Positions 49,583-62,996 of a stretch of 64,000 nt of DNA are shown piece by piece. The stretch's first letter is position 1. Each line of letters begins with the position of its first letter. Below the pieces are notes generated by a model that made no database searches, was not told the origin of the DNA, and saw nothing but the letters and a program-made list of their open reading frames with translations. The position numbers and the translations under genes were made by a program. The DNA lies in the NCBI GenBank assembly GCA_022813965.1, contig JALDZS010000085.1:1-64000 (forward strand), written 5' to 3'. The DNA comes from Toensbergia leucococca (Eukaryota).

Positions 49583-52500
49583 TCATAGCTCACTGCCTGT
49601 AGTACTCACTAGGGAAGACCTGCGAGAATTATTGTCGTATCCTGTATCCTCCTCAGAAGCATTGAGGGTAGCCCTCTGGAACGAAGCTTCTTGCCAGCTT
49701 GTTCCACCAGTCTGCAGCACCATTGAAAAGTTCGTGTTGCCGGGAAACCATCTTTCCCTCCGTGTATTAGCTTTGCTTCCTCCTTCGAGCGCTGCACGAC
49801 TTGCTCGTGTTGTCCTCGGTCTTTTTCCGTTCCTTCCTCTCTGTGAAAGTAATGAGCTTAGCTGAAGCCGCTGTTCTTCCAGCCTGATGTCGTAGGAGAC
49901 GATAGAGCGCACGTAGGGTGCCATATCTTCAATTACTACTGACAGTGGTCCATCAAACGATGAGATACGAGGGCCTTTCAACACAACGTGGGGTGTATCC
50001 TGAGGCCTTGCAAGTGAATCGAAGGCGGCCAATATATCGGAGTGGACCATCTGCTTACTGGCAGTAATTGAACGAGCCAAAGATACTTTTCCTCGAGGCG
50101 AGACTGTGGCAGATTCGTCAGATGGTAGGATTTTTCTTGCATAGATTCCCAGCGAAGTTGCTAGTGCTATGCACATGCCGGTGTGATCGATCATTGGATC
50201 TGCATGCAGCAAAGTAGAGCCCTCTGCATAATTAGCACGAACCTGACTCGTCAATGGGGGAATGGTTGTATCGAGGATAGCCTAGATACTTTAGTGTTAT
50301 ACAATTGTCTTTTTCAGAATATCTACATACTGTGCTGTCATCTCGGAAGCCAAACCCAGGGAAAGTATCGGCAGCACTGAGAGCTTCGAGACCTTGATCG
50401 ATAAGAAGTAAGCTTTGAAATGCAGTCTTACGTGATTGTTGACTGGAGGGTGCCACCACTTCCTTTTCAGAAAATCCTTCTTGCTTTTCAGGATCCGTGT
50501 CCCAGCTACTCCAAGCTTCTGACAAAAGCTCCATCTCATCGACGGCAGAAGTCTCAAGTCTCGAATTCGGAATATTGCGAGCCAGCAAGCCCAAGCCTTC
50601 AAAATAGGTACCTTCGCTCACAACACGGAGATCTTCACACCCTTCGCTCTGCGTCTTTTCCCCAGGTGGTTGTATGAGCATCCACTCCAGACCCCCTTTG
50701 GTATCACCAATGGCCATCTGACAGAAAAAGTTAAGCTCCGCAATAGACGCTCGAAGATCATGGCATTTGGATTTGAACAAAGTAGACACAGCTTCGCGGC
50801 AGAGTAAATGGCCCTCATTACCTGCAATTACCAACAAGTAGTCTGTTGCCAGCTGTACTGGAGGTGGCGTAAATCGGAAGATAGCGTGAAGAATCAATTC
50901 ATCCAAGGGAATTAGGCTTTCATCTGCACAGGTCATGATTATCGGCCGTTTCGATTGTAAAATTAAACTGAACGCTACAGTCCAGAATTGCTTGTCTTCC
51001 TCGAAGAGTACATCAACTTCCTCTAGGAGAATCAAAGATTGTTTCTGGGATTTCGCTGGTTTTGGCTTCTCATCCACTTTCGAAGCTAGTCTTTTTCTTC
51101 CAGGCTTTCCTTTCGCCAATTTCTTCATCGTGTCTTTTGGCTTGAAGAAAGAATTCATTGTGCCCTGTCGTCCTGATAGGAGTTCTTGCTCCAATGATTC
51201 CGTTAATTGTAACGAGCTTTCGTTAGATTCACTAAGATCACCTTCTTCGGTGCTATGCGTGTGATTCACTAGATGATTCCGGCTCATATCACCGACTTTA
51301 TCTAGGAGATCCTTCCCATTTCTTCTGCTACCAGCGTTAATCTCGAACACTTCGAAGCCGAGCTCTTGGGCAACAGCGTAGACTGCAGCCGTCTTACCAC
51401 ATCCATGCGGGCCACTAATTACGACGGCGTTCGCATTCTTCTGTTGTTGACCAGACTTGGAGACTCCCGGATTATCTGAATTTCTGACCAGAGACTTTTT
51501 TGTCGGGCTGAGAGCATGTTTATCCTGTTCAATATCCTCAGGATATGTGAGCTCGCTCATCTCGTCTGCCTCTTCATCAGTTGAAATTATGAAATCATTC
51601 AGTTCTCCAACTCGTTTTCTTTTCTTTCTCTTAGAGCCTCTAACGTGTCTGCCAGATACCACGGACGATTCTTTGAATTTTTGAATATCAGCTTTTCCGC
51701 TTTCCACAGTAGTGATTGTGTGACTCTTCAACCAACTCCGCAATAGAGTGGCTTCATGACCTTGCTGCAGTATCTCCTCTGCACAATTTGGTGCATACTT
51801 GTGCATCCAATCCTGCGTCTCACACTCAAACCTGTCAAAAGCGCTTTGAGAGCTAGCAACTTTCTCAAACGCACGCAAAACAGCTTTATGAACTGACGGG
51901 TATTTGATTTGCGAACTGTGAATTTCGGCTCCTTCTTGAACCTTGCTTTCTGCGGATTGTACCGCAGGTCTACATGCCAGGTTCCGAGAGATAGCCCATT
52001 GCAGTTCACGTCCGGTCAGAACTTTGCGGAGCGGGTGATGGAAGGTCTTCACGTCCGATAGTGTGGTATCCTGCAACCCATCTGCATCCTTTTGATACAC
52101 ACGCACTAATGCAGTATACGGGAGCATAACCTCCTCAGGCTCGGCTATCTGGATCGCAGCGTGCTTCAATTTTCGGGGGCTTTGATGCAGCTGAAGTGTC
52201 TCTATCTTTTCAGCAATACTTGCTATCGGAGCGGGCAAGTCACGAATGTGAAACATGTCTTTCGGAGGCCACAGCGGTTCTGAAGCTCCGGGAAATTTAG
52301 TCACTCTGAGATTGCTAGCATCACCCGACTTGCCTCCAAAACCACCAACCCTTTCCCAAGCATCTTTGCTAGCGGCCGCTTTGGCCGCGGATGTTCCTTT
52401 TCTTGGGCTTGTTTCTTTTTCTTGTCCAGGCATCACACTACTTTGGGTAGCCATATCCTTCTGATCTTTGTCGAGGGTTGATTGGTCTGCATCCGTGTTT

Positions 52501-53543
52501 CGAGCTAATGCTCCTAAAAAGAAAGGATGAGTGGGTTTAGAAGGCCCAGCTGCCTTTGGAGCTGGGGTACGAATCTCTGCACTTGTGTTTGGCTCTTTAG
52601 AGATGATTTCTTGGATTCTTCGAGCTAATAATGCACGTGATTCCTTGTCAGAGCCGTACTTGATGGTTACGATTTTCCTCGTTGGCTCGAAATCAGGGTT
52701 TCTCGATTTCCTTTTATCACCTGATTTGCGATTGCCCACAACCCCTTTTTTCTTTGGTGATCCTAATCTGCCATCAGGGCGGATCTTTAGTACTTTCTCC
52801 GGCATCGCCATTTCCTGCTGTTTTATTAGACGTGGCGGCGGAGGGTCTGTTGGATCGACGTTCTTGTCCTTCACACTTGAAGAATGGTTTTGTTCTTTCT
52901 TAGGTAACTCGACGTACGATCGGAGGCCGCTTTCCTTTGTCACCTTTTCTTCTTCCAGGGACGCAATATCCGTGACTTTTTCCTTCTCCGTTTCTGCGCC
53001 CGCTGACTCTTCAAGTGCCGCTGCTTTCAGCTGTTCTCCCCACGTAAAAGGCGTAGAAGGGAAGGAGGCTCCAGTTGGGGATGCAGTCCGCTGTCGCTTT
53101 CTGCGATCTTGATTCAGGTCTGTCTCAAGGGTACTTGCGTCAGGCTCCCGGCCCCCTTCTCCTTCCGACTCAGGCATTCTCGATGATGAAAGAGTGGCAG
53201 GTTGCTGTTGGATCTCAAGAGCTGCAGCATTGGAAGAGCTCACAATCGAATGGACTTTCCTTCTTGATCTTGAATGCTTGCCACCATGGCCCCTCGACAG
53301 CCTTCCATCCTCGCTATTGCTTGGATTCAGAGGACGATCATGAAGTGATGAGCTAGCTTTATCGTCATGAGGTAGCATGGAATGGGAAGCCTGCTCTTGA
53401 TCTATACCACCTTCAAAAGAAGTCAGCAACCAGTGATGATAGTGCTACATGGGAAGAGTCTCACTTTTTTTGAGCATAAAGAAAGGATGCATGTTGCGCC
53501 CATTGTCACGGCCCATAGCCACGTCGCTCACAGCAACGGCCAT
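49583..53543 (-). CDS. ELG1: Elg1/ATAD5-like RFC-like clamp unloader subunit (AAA+)
   Basis: HPFF motifs; W..KYAP; Walker A ISGPHGCGKTAAVYAVAQELGFEVFEINA; SLILLEEVDVLFEEDKQFW; C-terminal RTTRASRAALEGG; two introns. Confidence 0.88.
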
Positions 53544-53705
53544 CTGTCCCCACTCATCACCAATACTTTCTTATTGACATGGAACGACTCTTGACGATTG
53601 AAACTGGATCCAAGTTCCCGTTGACGATGAGGATTGGAGTAGATGACGAATCATCAGTGAGGATCTCAGTCGATTCATCACTGACATTATCTACCATTCA
53701 CGGCT

Positions 53706-53731
53706 TTCCGCGTCCAACTTCAAGCGCGTCG
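53706..53731. promoter_or_regulatory. Two MCB-like ACGCG cores in the ELG1/UTP8 divergent promoter
   Basis: CCGCGT at 53708 and GCGCGT at 53724, about 170-190 bp upstream of ELG1; MCB control of replication genes is known in ascomycetes. Confidence 0.35.
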
Positions 53732-53847
53732 TTTAGGCGTTCTGGACATACCTAATTCCGGCGCTAGTCTTGTCCCCACAGCCGACAAATTTATTTACAA
53801 ATCTGTTTTCTGGCTGATCAAAATCCAGATGTTGTGCATGCGATATC

Positions 53848-56675
53848 ATGATACAACAATTGTCTACGTTGGCTGAAATCCCACAGACTCCTATCCTATC
53901 AGGAGTAGGAGTCTGGGCTGCTGATGTCGTCGCTATTGCGGGATCAAAAAAAAGAAAAAGATCAGAGCTAGCTGTGGCCTTTGATGGCGTAGGCGTAAAT
54001 ATTTATGATGTACGCTTTGGCACAGCTAATTGACAGCCAACCTCAGTCACTAATAGCCTGTCTAGGCCAGGTCTTCGAGGCTGACCAATTCTTATGCCGT
54101 TCCCCCCCAATCCGTTTTTACCTGCTCTCCCTGCTCGATCCGTTCTAAAGGGAACGAAATTGAAGCCCCCCAACGAACGACATACTGCTCCGTCACTTGC
54201 CCAAAACCGCGAATTATATGTTTTTCGGACATTGAACACGCTAGCAAGAATCATGAATCCCATATCACTAATTCGACTTTTGATATTCAACATACTAAAA
54301 GTCCTTTGATCTGTTTAGAGACTTTTTACTGCAAAGGAGATGATGCAGCTATACCGAGTCAAGGGCTTCTTGCCGTACATGAGGATGGAGAAGTCAGGTG
54401 TTTCTCCAGAAACCTACAGAAGGAGCTTTGGAAGGCTAAAGCCATTGGAGCTCAGAGCGTGCGAATTGAGTATGGAACGGTCATCAGCCTAGAGCAGGCC
54501 CGAAAAGGAATATTGAGAAGTAGGGAAGATGTGGTAGCGACACTAGGTGTTGGTATGGATTTCGAGGCTCCTAATTCGGTTGAGACGTCTCTATTGGTCC
54601 TCATAAGTCGATCCATGATTACTGCCTCTCTTGATCAGAATGAAGTGTTAAGCATTGGAATATTTGATATCACGGCATCGAGATCGCTTCTCAAGGAACA
54701 TGGGCCGAATGGCGATTTAAGGACCTTGGACGAAATCATCTCATGGGTCATTCCGGAACCGGGTCAACTTGAGAGTACTGGGTCAACTTTCTGCTTACAT
54801 CCATCAAGCGGAATGGTCTATCAACAAAGCCCCAGTGCTTTAGCAATCTATGATTTCTCTACTCTAGTCCCACGGGTGTTCAATTTCATGCCTTGGGGCC
54901 GAAACGATGTAACTTCTTGTCTACGTTTATCGCCTACACTAATGGCTGCAACATCTTCAACATCACTCACAATACTAGATTCCAATTATTGCTCTATGCA
55001 GGCTGAATGCCCTCTCAAGGAGCCTGAGAAAGTCTCGAGAAAAGGCGCGACAGATTCAGCTGGGAATTCAATTACTCGCCTCCTGTCGTACTTTGCACCT
55101 CTGGATCTTCTGATTGCACTCCAAGGCCGAAGACTGATAGCAATTCAACTTTCAACCCAGACTCTTAAACAATTCGGCTCTCGAAAGAGGGCGAGAGATG
55201 GCCTGCTTATTAATTCCATTGGTCGTGGGGTTGTGAAGACTGATCAGACAGCTTTGATATCCAGCTCACCCGTCAAAGAGCCTGCATTTAGCCTTCCTAA
55301 ATTCGAGTCTGATTCCTCCTGGAAAAAACAAAGAATCCTACTGGATCAGCACGCTAGAAACGGGAGTTTGTTAGAATTCGAATCGTTGATGGCCCAGGAG
55401 CTCAAGATCGAATTGAAGGAGAATCACGAAGATGTGGAATTAGTATTGGAGGATGAAACCCCCCACCAGCCACGCCAGCCCAGCGTCGATGACTGGCTTA
55501 AGATCCGTTATTTGCTTAGTAAGATATTCTCTATAGATACCGGCCAAGGAACTACCTCTGAAGGAATTGACGGCTTTGACGGTTTTGACTCCAGACTCAA
55601 AATAGTCTTCTTTCCACCAAGGCTTTTCAGCTGGCTGGCTGCCAAGGGCTACTTATCCTCTGACCAGGTTGAGACGTCACTAAAACATCATGGCTCTTTA
55701 CCGCTCACTGGAAGCCTTGCGACAGGCACACTTTTTCAAGCGCTCATCAAATACGACCTCTCTCTGCAAACACTCCTATCCGTACTCGCGAGCCCTATTT
55801 ACATAGGATCTGGAGATCTCATCCAAGCTTTGGGACTCTCTTTGGGCCTTTTGAAGTACTCGGAACCTTCGGGCCACATGAAGCTCATCACGGATAACAA
55901 GATTTCCGATAAGCGTTCATCATCAGAAACCCCCGACGGTAAATCGAAACCTATTAACGCTGAGCTGGATGGTCGCGTATTGGTGGATTCGAAATTTGGT
56001 AATGGCGAAGTCATCCAAGCTGTGTTTCGATCCATAATCACAAAGTTGCATGCTTTCCATGGGTCTGAAGTGACCAAGACGCTCAAGGCTGTGCTGTCCA
56101 AGAGTGAACTACTTTCGCTTGTAGATCTGCTCCGAATGGAACTCGCTCAAAATGGATGGCTATCACACTATCTTGATAGTGAATCAGGGCCTCTAAGAAT
56201 CGAGCATCAGGACAACAATCAGGCTAGCATGGTCGCAAAGCTCCTCAACAGCGTTATAGATAGTCTCGGTACTGCTGGCTGGATCCTCGGCGCGCCCCGG
56301 GCCAGCGACCTCACAGAGACGGCTGACACTATCTCGTACATGAGGGCCGAGATCTCGGCAGCTTTGGAAGGGGTCGAAGAGGCTACGTACCTCAAAGGCT
56401 TACTTGGAGAATTGCTACTTTATGGAGAAACCGTGGGGCCTACGACTACGAAGTCGCTCGAATCAGCCTCTGCATCATTATGGACTAAGCCTATCACTGT
56501 AGGTCGGGAAGGTGGCCAGAACAATTATCTGCCATTGGGGCTTAAAGCGCCGCAGGAAGTGTCGTTGACCAAGGTAGGGGCTGGTGGGGAGCTTCAGAGG
56601 CGGAGTATGAGGGATATTGGAAGGCTGAAGAGTCGGATGGTTGGGAAATATAGCTTTGAGCGGATTGTCATCTGA
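53848..56675 (+). CDS. UTP8: Utp8/NOL11-like t-UTP (SSU processome) subunit
   Basis: KKRKRSELAVAFDGVGVNIYD, intron, YAVPPQSVFTCSP.S; C-terminal VGKYSFERIVI. Confidence 0.75.
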
Positions 56676-56869
56676 TTGTCAATTACGTTCTTTTGCTCAA
56701 ACATCACTCGACTACGTAAAAACTTCAAAGAACCTAGATTCCAACTCCATGCTCTAGTACTACCCGTGTCAGAGGAATGTATCTCTGATATCTCTCAATG
56801 CTGCGTCGACTTTTATAAGCACAATGAGTTCTGTACAAATTGCCGGATCTGAATTCGACTTCAACCCAG

Positions 56870-57858
56870 CTATGCCGTCGCCTTTGGCGCTTCCTCAGCC
56901 GGAGCGCCATCATATCCGGCTACAGACATGTCCGACAAGGGTACACCCCTCTCTCTCTCCTGCCACGATAGCTCATGCCACGGCTTGGGCTGCTCAGGCG
57001 GGTAGGCAGCCGTATATCTGCTTTGCCCCAGAACGCCATGTGTCACCTCCTCCGGCCATGTTTGTGCATACTCAGCGTCCAAAAGATTCGTCCACAGTAT
57101 CCGAACCCCCTCCGCACCCGCCAACGCCACCCTCTCTTCCAAAGGAATCTCCTTGATCCCCAACCTCTGCCTCCTCGCCGCCTTCTGCCTCTCCGCCCGC
57201 TGCTTCTCCTTCGACTGCTCAAATTCCACCTTTAGGTTCTCCCACCGCGCCGACTCCCGCTGCTGCAGCAGCAGCACAGCCGCCATGTCGGCGACGCTGT
57301 TGGCTTTCTGGTTCATGAGGACTTTGCCCCGGGCTTTCTTGCTGAGGAGCATGCCTTTATGGGGGCCGCTGGTGCAGGTGATGAGGGAGAGGGAGTAGGT
57401 GGTTTCGTGCAGGCGGCGGAATTCGCGCAGTTTGCGGTAGGCGAGGAGGCCGCCTGGTGTGGTGGGAAATTCGATTACGGCCATGGGGTGCCAGAGGTCT
57501 TTACGGAGGGAGGCGGGGACGGTTTTTTTGCCGAGGAAGGGGAGTTGTTTTAGGGCTTCGTTGTTCTGGTGGATTTGGGTTAGTTTGGGGGGTTTTCGGA
57601 GGGGGTTCGGGGAGAAGTGTGGGTTTGGCTTACATTGAGGGCGCGGGTTAGGGAGTAGACTACTTGGTTTGTGCGGAGGTTGTTGTAGACGAATATGTGC
57701 TGGCCGTGTTTTACATCGATGGGTTGTGGTCGGCGCTCCTCTTTGGAGAGGAGCGACGGATTCTCTAGTGGTGTCTTCTTGGGTTTTTGTTTCTTTGCTA
57801 GGAGGCTGACTGTGGATTTGACGGCCGTCCGCAGTGTAGATTTGATGGCTTTCTGCAT
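56870..57858 (-). CDS. MHR1: Mitochondrial ribosomal protein mL67 / Mhr1
   Basis: HGQHIFVYNNLRTNQVVYSL, intron, QLPFLGKKTVPASLRKDLWHPMA, GLLAYRKLREFRRLHE, LMNQKANSVAD, DAEYAQTWP. Confidence 0.93.
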
Positions 57859-58108
57859 GGTTTGATGTGGTTGTTAGGTTGGTAGGAGGAAGTGCTGGAG
57901 TCGTGATCCCTAAGATGACGCGGAATTTTGCTGAATCGTAGGGGCGGGGGATTTCTGCAGCACAACAATTTCCAACGTCGATTTTGTGAAGATGTGGTAC
58001 TTTTCATAGATTCAGCTAGAGTGCCTTCCCTTTCACTAAATATTCAGTGAACGATGCTAGAGGCATTTCATCTGAAGACACTCACATCATGCACTGACGC
58101 AGCGCGCG

Positions 58109-60011
58109 ATGACCTCCGATAGTGGTAGCAGGAAAAACAACAATGGATTGAGCAATTTCGTCGATGTCAAGGGGCTGTCTAGAGACAGACCTTGGCTTCT
58201 ACCGTCTGTAGGTCATGTGCACAGTCTGGATGCTCAAATGTCCTATTTATCGAGACCTGGCTAATAATCTGGTGACGCCCCAAGAATCGCAAATTAAGGC
58301 ACCTTCAAGGAATCTCCCTACGAAACTTGGCTCTTTCTCGTTCTACAAACCAAATCCGTGGAAAGACTACCGACGATGAATCGCTTCCCCACGCCTTCAA
58401 ATCACCGGCCAAGCTTCTCGCTCAGCGGGAGACCCATAAACTTGAGCATTCAAGGTCCTCGATTGACCTCAAAGCTAACCCCTTACAAAATGGAGGAGCA
58501 AGAAGACCGCAGAGCCAAGATATGGACGGCTCGGCAGATATAAGGCCTGCCATTGGCAAATTAAGAAGAAGAAGCACACTCAATTGGACCAATGCACATC
58601 CAAGGGTCAGGCAGAAGAAGCTTGAGGATGTAACAGGAGGTAGAATGGCAGATACATGGTTTTCCTTGCACTGCTCTGAGGGAGAAGAGCCCATTTACGT
58701 GAGTGAGACCATCAACAAAGCTATGAATCCAAGCTTTCGCTTCTTCGATCTCAATACCTACGGACCTGCAGTCTCTCGACGGGAAGACTTGACCATCAAG
58801 CTCTGGGCTCGGACCGAGAAGATGGAGGATTTCATGTTGCTGATTGAAAGGCAATTATCTCTGCGATCCTTGCAGTTCATTGGGAAGTCGGTGCGCAGCT
58901 GCAATGCCCATATTTCACTCCCAATACAAAAACTTACTACTTACAGCTTGAGAACTTCCACCATCCCCTACCGCAGAACTGCATTCTCTTCCACCTGTCC
59001 GATGGCATCTACACCAGCTTCACAGATCTTCCCTTGGACGAATTGTCCAATCCCACATCCTTCCAACCATCAAAGCTACCCACCCAAGGCGTCCAGCCAA
59101 CCTCCTCCTTTGATGCCCTAATGCGCCTTTCCAACCTCGACGATTGCATCCAAGACGCTCTTGCGACCCGCGAGAAACTCTCCTCCCAAATCAGTTCCCT
59201 CCTCAAAGAACACCAGCAAAGTCTCGCCACAATCAACTCAGCCTCACAATCCCAAGACTCCTTATCTTCAACCGAACGCTCCCTTTCTGCTGAGCAAAAG
59301 CTGCTTAGACTTGCCCAAAAGCGGCGCTCTGACCTTCAAGCCAGTCTCGTTGCCCGCCGAACTGCTATAGCCCAAGGCACCCTCTCCCAGCAAAAAGCTG
59401 AATCCGACCTTATCTTAGCGCGCACGGCCCTCACCACTCTAGCTTCTAAGCACCAGTCTACCCTTACCTCCCTCCAAGGCCAAACCCGCCGAATCTGCGA
59501 AGACCTTCTCAGCATATACTCAATCGATCCCATCCCCAACAAGCCCCTCTCCTTCACCATCTGCTCCCTCCCCCTCCCAACCGCCACCTCCGCCGCTCTT
59601 TCATCCTCGTCCCCCGAAATCACCTCCGCAGCCCTCTCCCTTGTGGCCCACATAACCACCCTGCTTTCCTCGTATCTGCGAACCCCACTTCCCTACCCCC
59701 CGACTCCCCACGGCTCCACCTCTTCAATCCTCGACCCCATCTCCACAACCCTCCACTCCACCCCCCAACGCACCTTCCCGCTCTACCAAAAATCAGTACC
59801 TCCCTTCCGGTTCGAATACGCTGTTTTTTTACTGAATTCGGATATCGAGTTGTTGATGAGTCGGCAGGGGTTGAGGATGGTGGATCAGAGGTCTACGCTG
59901 CCGAATTTGAAGTATTTGCTTTATGTGCTTACGGCTGGAAAGGGGGAGTTGCCTGGGAGAAAGGTTGGGGGGGTTAGGGGGTTGAGGGCGGGAGAGGGAG
60001 ATGGGGGTTAG
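58109..60011 (+). CDS. VPS38: UVRAG / Vps38 (PI3K complex II subunit)
   Basis: RPWLLPS/NRKLRHLQGISLRNL; PIYVSE....MNPSF; TSSFDALMRL..LDDCIQDAL; coiled coil; RTFPLY...RFEYAVFLLNSDIE; TLPNLKYLLY; two introns. Confidence 0.9.
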
Positions 60012-61320
60012 GGAGTTTGGGGGAAGGGGAGAGGGGAGAGGGGGGAGTGATGTAGTTTTATTGGGGGTTTGGTAAGTGTGGGTACTGCGGATGGGGGGCC
60101 CATTGTGTTGTAGAAGGGAAAATGTGCATAGCGAACCTGATATGAAAAAAAAACCCTTTTCTCACGCTTTTGACAAATTGACCGTGTTACCGTTGTACTA
60201 CTGTATTTGTCATAAATCCCATCTTTTGCACGCTTTCTCTGAAGTCTTTTTTCTCTGGCCCTAGATCTGGATCGCTACCCCTTGACACAGAATTACATCT
60301 CTGAGATTCATATAGGTAGGTATCTTGCCTCGCTTGCTGCGACGCTTGTGATGGATGTTTATTGATGATTCTTCTTCTTCTTTCTTTGTTTTTTTTTTGT
60401 TTTCATGAGTGACGTGAGGGCTTAAATGCTTGTGGTTTTGAGTGATTGACTGAGGTGACCTTGATGGGAATCTTGTCAGGCCTTTTTTTTTTTTTTGGAA
60501 GGGAGATTAGCTCGTTTGTAATCGCCAACCATTTCTTTTCACACAAAAATTTTTCAATCGTCAAAGAAAAAAAACAAAAACACAGAATAAATTCAAGACC
60601 CTTCCCTTTCTGTTCTGTATATTTTTGTTTAGATAAGAAAAGAGAGAGAGAAAGAGTGAGCAGTTTTTTTCTTTTTTTTGAATTTACTGTTTGTTTAAAT
60701 TATTTTGATTTTTTTTTTAGGACTTTTTTTGAATTGTGTGAGTGAGTGAGTGAGTGATGAAGAGGAAAGAGAAAAAGGAAAAAAACAAGGGAATTGAATG
60801 CTTTGACTTTTTTTGATGAATTAAATCATAGAAGTAAGAGAAGGGTTAAAAGTTTTTAAACGATTGATTAATAAATAGATAGATAGGGGAGGGGTCTGAC
60901 GTGTACCTATCATGATATCAAAGAATAAAGGGAGACTTAAACAACATTATACAAGTGATGAAATTCTTCAAATGAGTTCAAAACAGTCAAAGAATCAGAG
61001 AATAATGAAGACTACAAATCCTCTATCCTAGAGCCCGCCCCCAAAAAAACCAAATTTTAATTTTAAACAGCACGCAGCGTTTTCTCATCTTACCACCACC
61101 CATGCTTTCTTTCCATGCGTTTTCATTGCTAGGATTACAACTGATTGATTACATATAAAACCACTACCCCCCCAAAACCCAATAAAAAAAGAAAAAAAAA
61201 AAGAGTCCCAGTTGGCAGTCCGCCGCTTTCCAGAAAATGCCCACTAACACAAAAAAAAAACGAGTGACTTGGTATATCCAGAGTAAGGAAAGAAAAAAAA
61301 ACAGGGGGGAAAAACCAAGA
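60010..61320. repeat. Low-complexity convergent intergenic region (poly-T/poly-A runs, GTGA repeats)
   Basis: Many homopolymer runs, and (GTGA)n at ~60738-60758. Confidence 0.7.
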
Positions 61321-61434
61321 CCAAAAACTCGCTGTGCTCGCTCGCTCATTGATGGGGGCCATACTTACATGATCAATTACCCAATGTCCTATCCAATCGC
61401 ACAAGAGCGTACCTCGATCCCCCTTTGCACTATC

Positions 61435-62996
61435 CTAAGATGGCATCTTGTTCTCTTTCCGCCTCAAAGATCCGTTGCCGTTCAGTTTACCATTGCCATT
61501 CGCATGTCCATTCGCGTGTCCATTGGCAAATCCATTAGCATAGCCATTAGAATATCCATTAGAATACACGGTCCCGTTCATCTTTGCCCCTTCAATCGTC
61601 TTCCCATTCATGGCCTCCGGCTCCGTCTCCGCATTCACTTTCCTCCTCCTCCTCTGCTCCTCTGACTCTTCTTCATCGTCACTTCTTATATCCGTGACCT
61701 CGCTCTTGCGAAGTACGACACCAAGAGCAATCTTGAGGATGAAGAAAAGCCAGAAGAGATTGATGGTCTGTAAGCATGCGAGCAAGCTGAAGGTGATGAC
61801 TTGGCTGATCCAGCATTTGTATTGCTGCGTGTCCCAATTGAGATCGAAGGGGCCAATGGTACGGAAGCTTGTCAGGAGTGAGTGTAGGATTACGAGGTTG
61901 AGGTAGTGACGCAGGTAGACCCAGATGCAGACGAAGAGGGCGAAGTAGGGGACAATGACGGAAGATTCAATGTAGTTGAGGGTTTTGGAAGTCTTTGTAT
62001 TTGGAATTGTTAGTAATAGTTCTGCAGTCTGTGCTTTATCCGTGTTGGGAAAATGGCTGAACACTTACAGCGAGAAAGAAATCGCTAATGTCGTGCGTAA
62101 TGTAAACAGCCAGGCCCATGTAGGTGAAATGAAAGCGGTAACTTAACCAAATCAACGCCAACGTCACAATGTGATGCCCTACCAGCTCTTTGAAATCTTT
62201 CCGCGGTTTCTCCAATTGAAGACACAACACTATGGCCTGCTGCGCCCAATAGCTGGCTTGTAACAAATAATAGGCTTTGAAGATGCCTTCATGGGTGCGG
62301 TGAGGATATTCCTCATACATGGCCGAGGTATTAAAGTACCAGATGGGCGTGCGCGACATGACGTAGAGGCCAAAGGGCCCAAATACGGAGAAATACAGAG
62401 CTGTATAGACTTGTTCCATGAAACGGGATTGCTTGGAACGAGAGCGGATGTTGAAGTGGATGGCGAGTGGTCGAATGAGGCTTTGCATGAGGAATTCGCG
62501 AGTGAAGGAGAGAACAACGATATAGAAGGCGACAAAAGCGAAGTCGCGAGGCCCTTTGCCATATTGGGTTGGGGTGTTGATCCCATTCCGGGCGTGGGCA
62601 GGTATGAGAGGGTCGTCAGGGGAAAGAGGGTATGAGAGGAAGATGGCGGCGTGGAGGGGATTGGAAGGCGTTGGATTGACAAAGTAGGCACATAGACAGA
62701 TGATGATGAGGACAAGGGGGTTCACCCAGGTACGTCGGAACGAGAGATCTCTCCAGCGGCGGAAAAAGCTCCGGGCTTTCCGCCGTTTAGAATGAGGGCG
62801 CGAAAGCTTTGTTTGGGAATTGTGCTGTCGAAGTTGGATGTCAGTGGAGATATGCTGATAGGAAGAAAGGCCATACCGGTGACAATGGCGGTGAGGCAAT
62901 GGTGGGCATGGGCTCGAGGGTGGAAACAGCGGGGGCTCCAGTATCTCCCATGATGTCGGCGCCGAGGCCACTGTTCTTCCGTCGCGGTCTCGGCAT
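61435..62996 (-). CDS. LAC1: Ceramide synthase (TRAM/LAG1/CLN8), Lac1/Lag1 family
   Basis: MPRPRRKNSGLG.D..GDTGAP exon; QYGKGPRDFAFV; RFMEQ; Lag1 motif EKPRKDFKELVGHHIVT...HDISDFFLA/TSKTLNY; DIRSDDEE; introns 62825-62876 and ~61994-62068. Confidence 0.93.
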
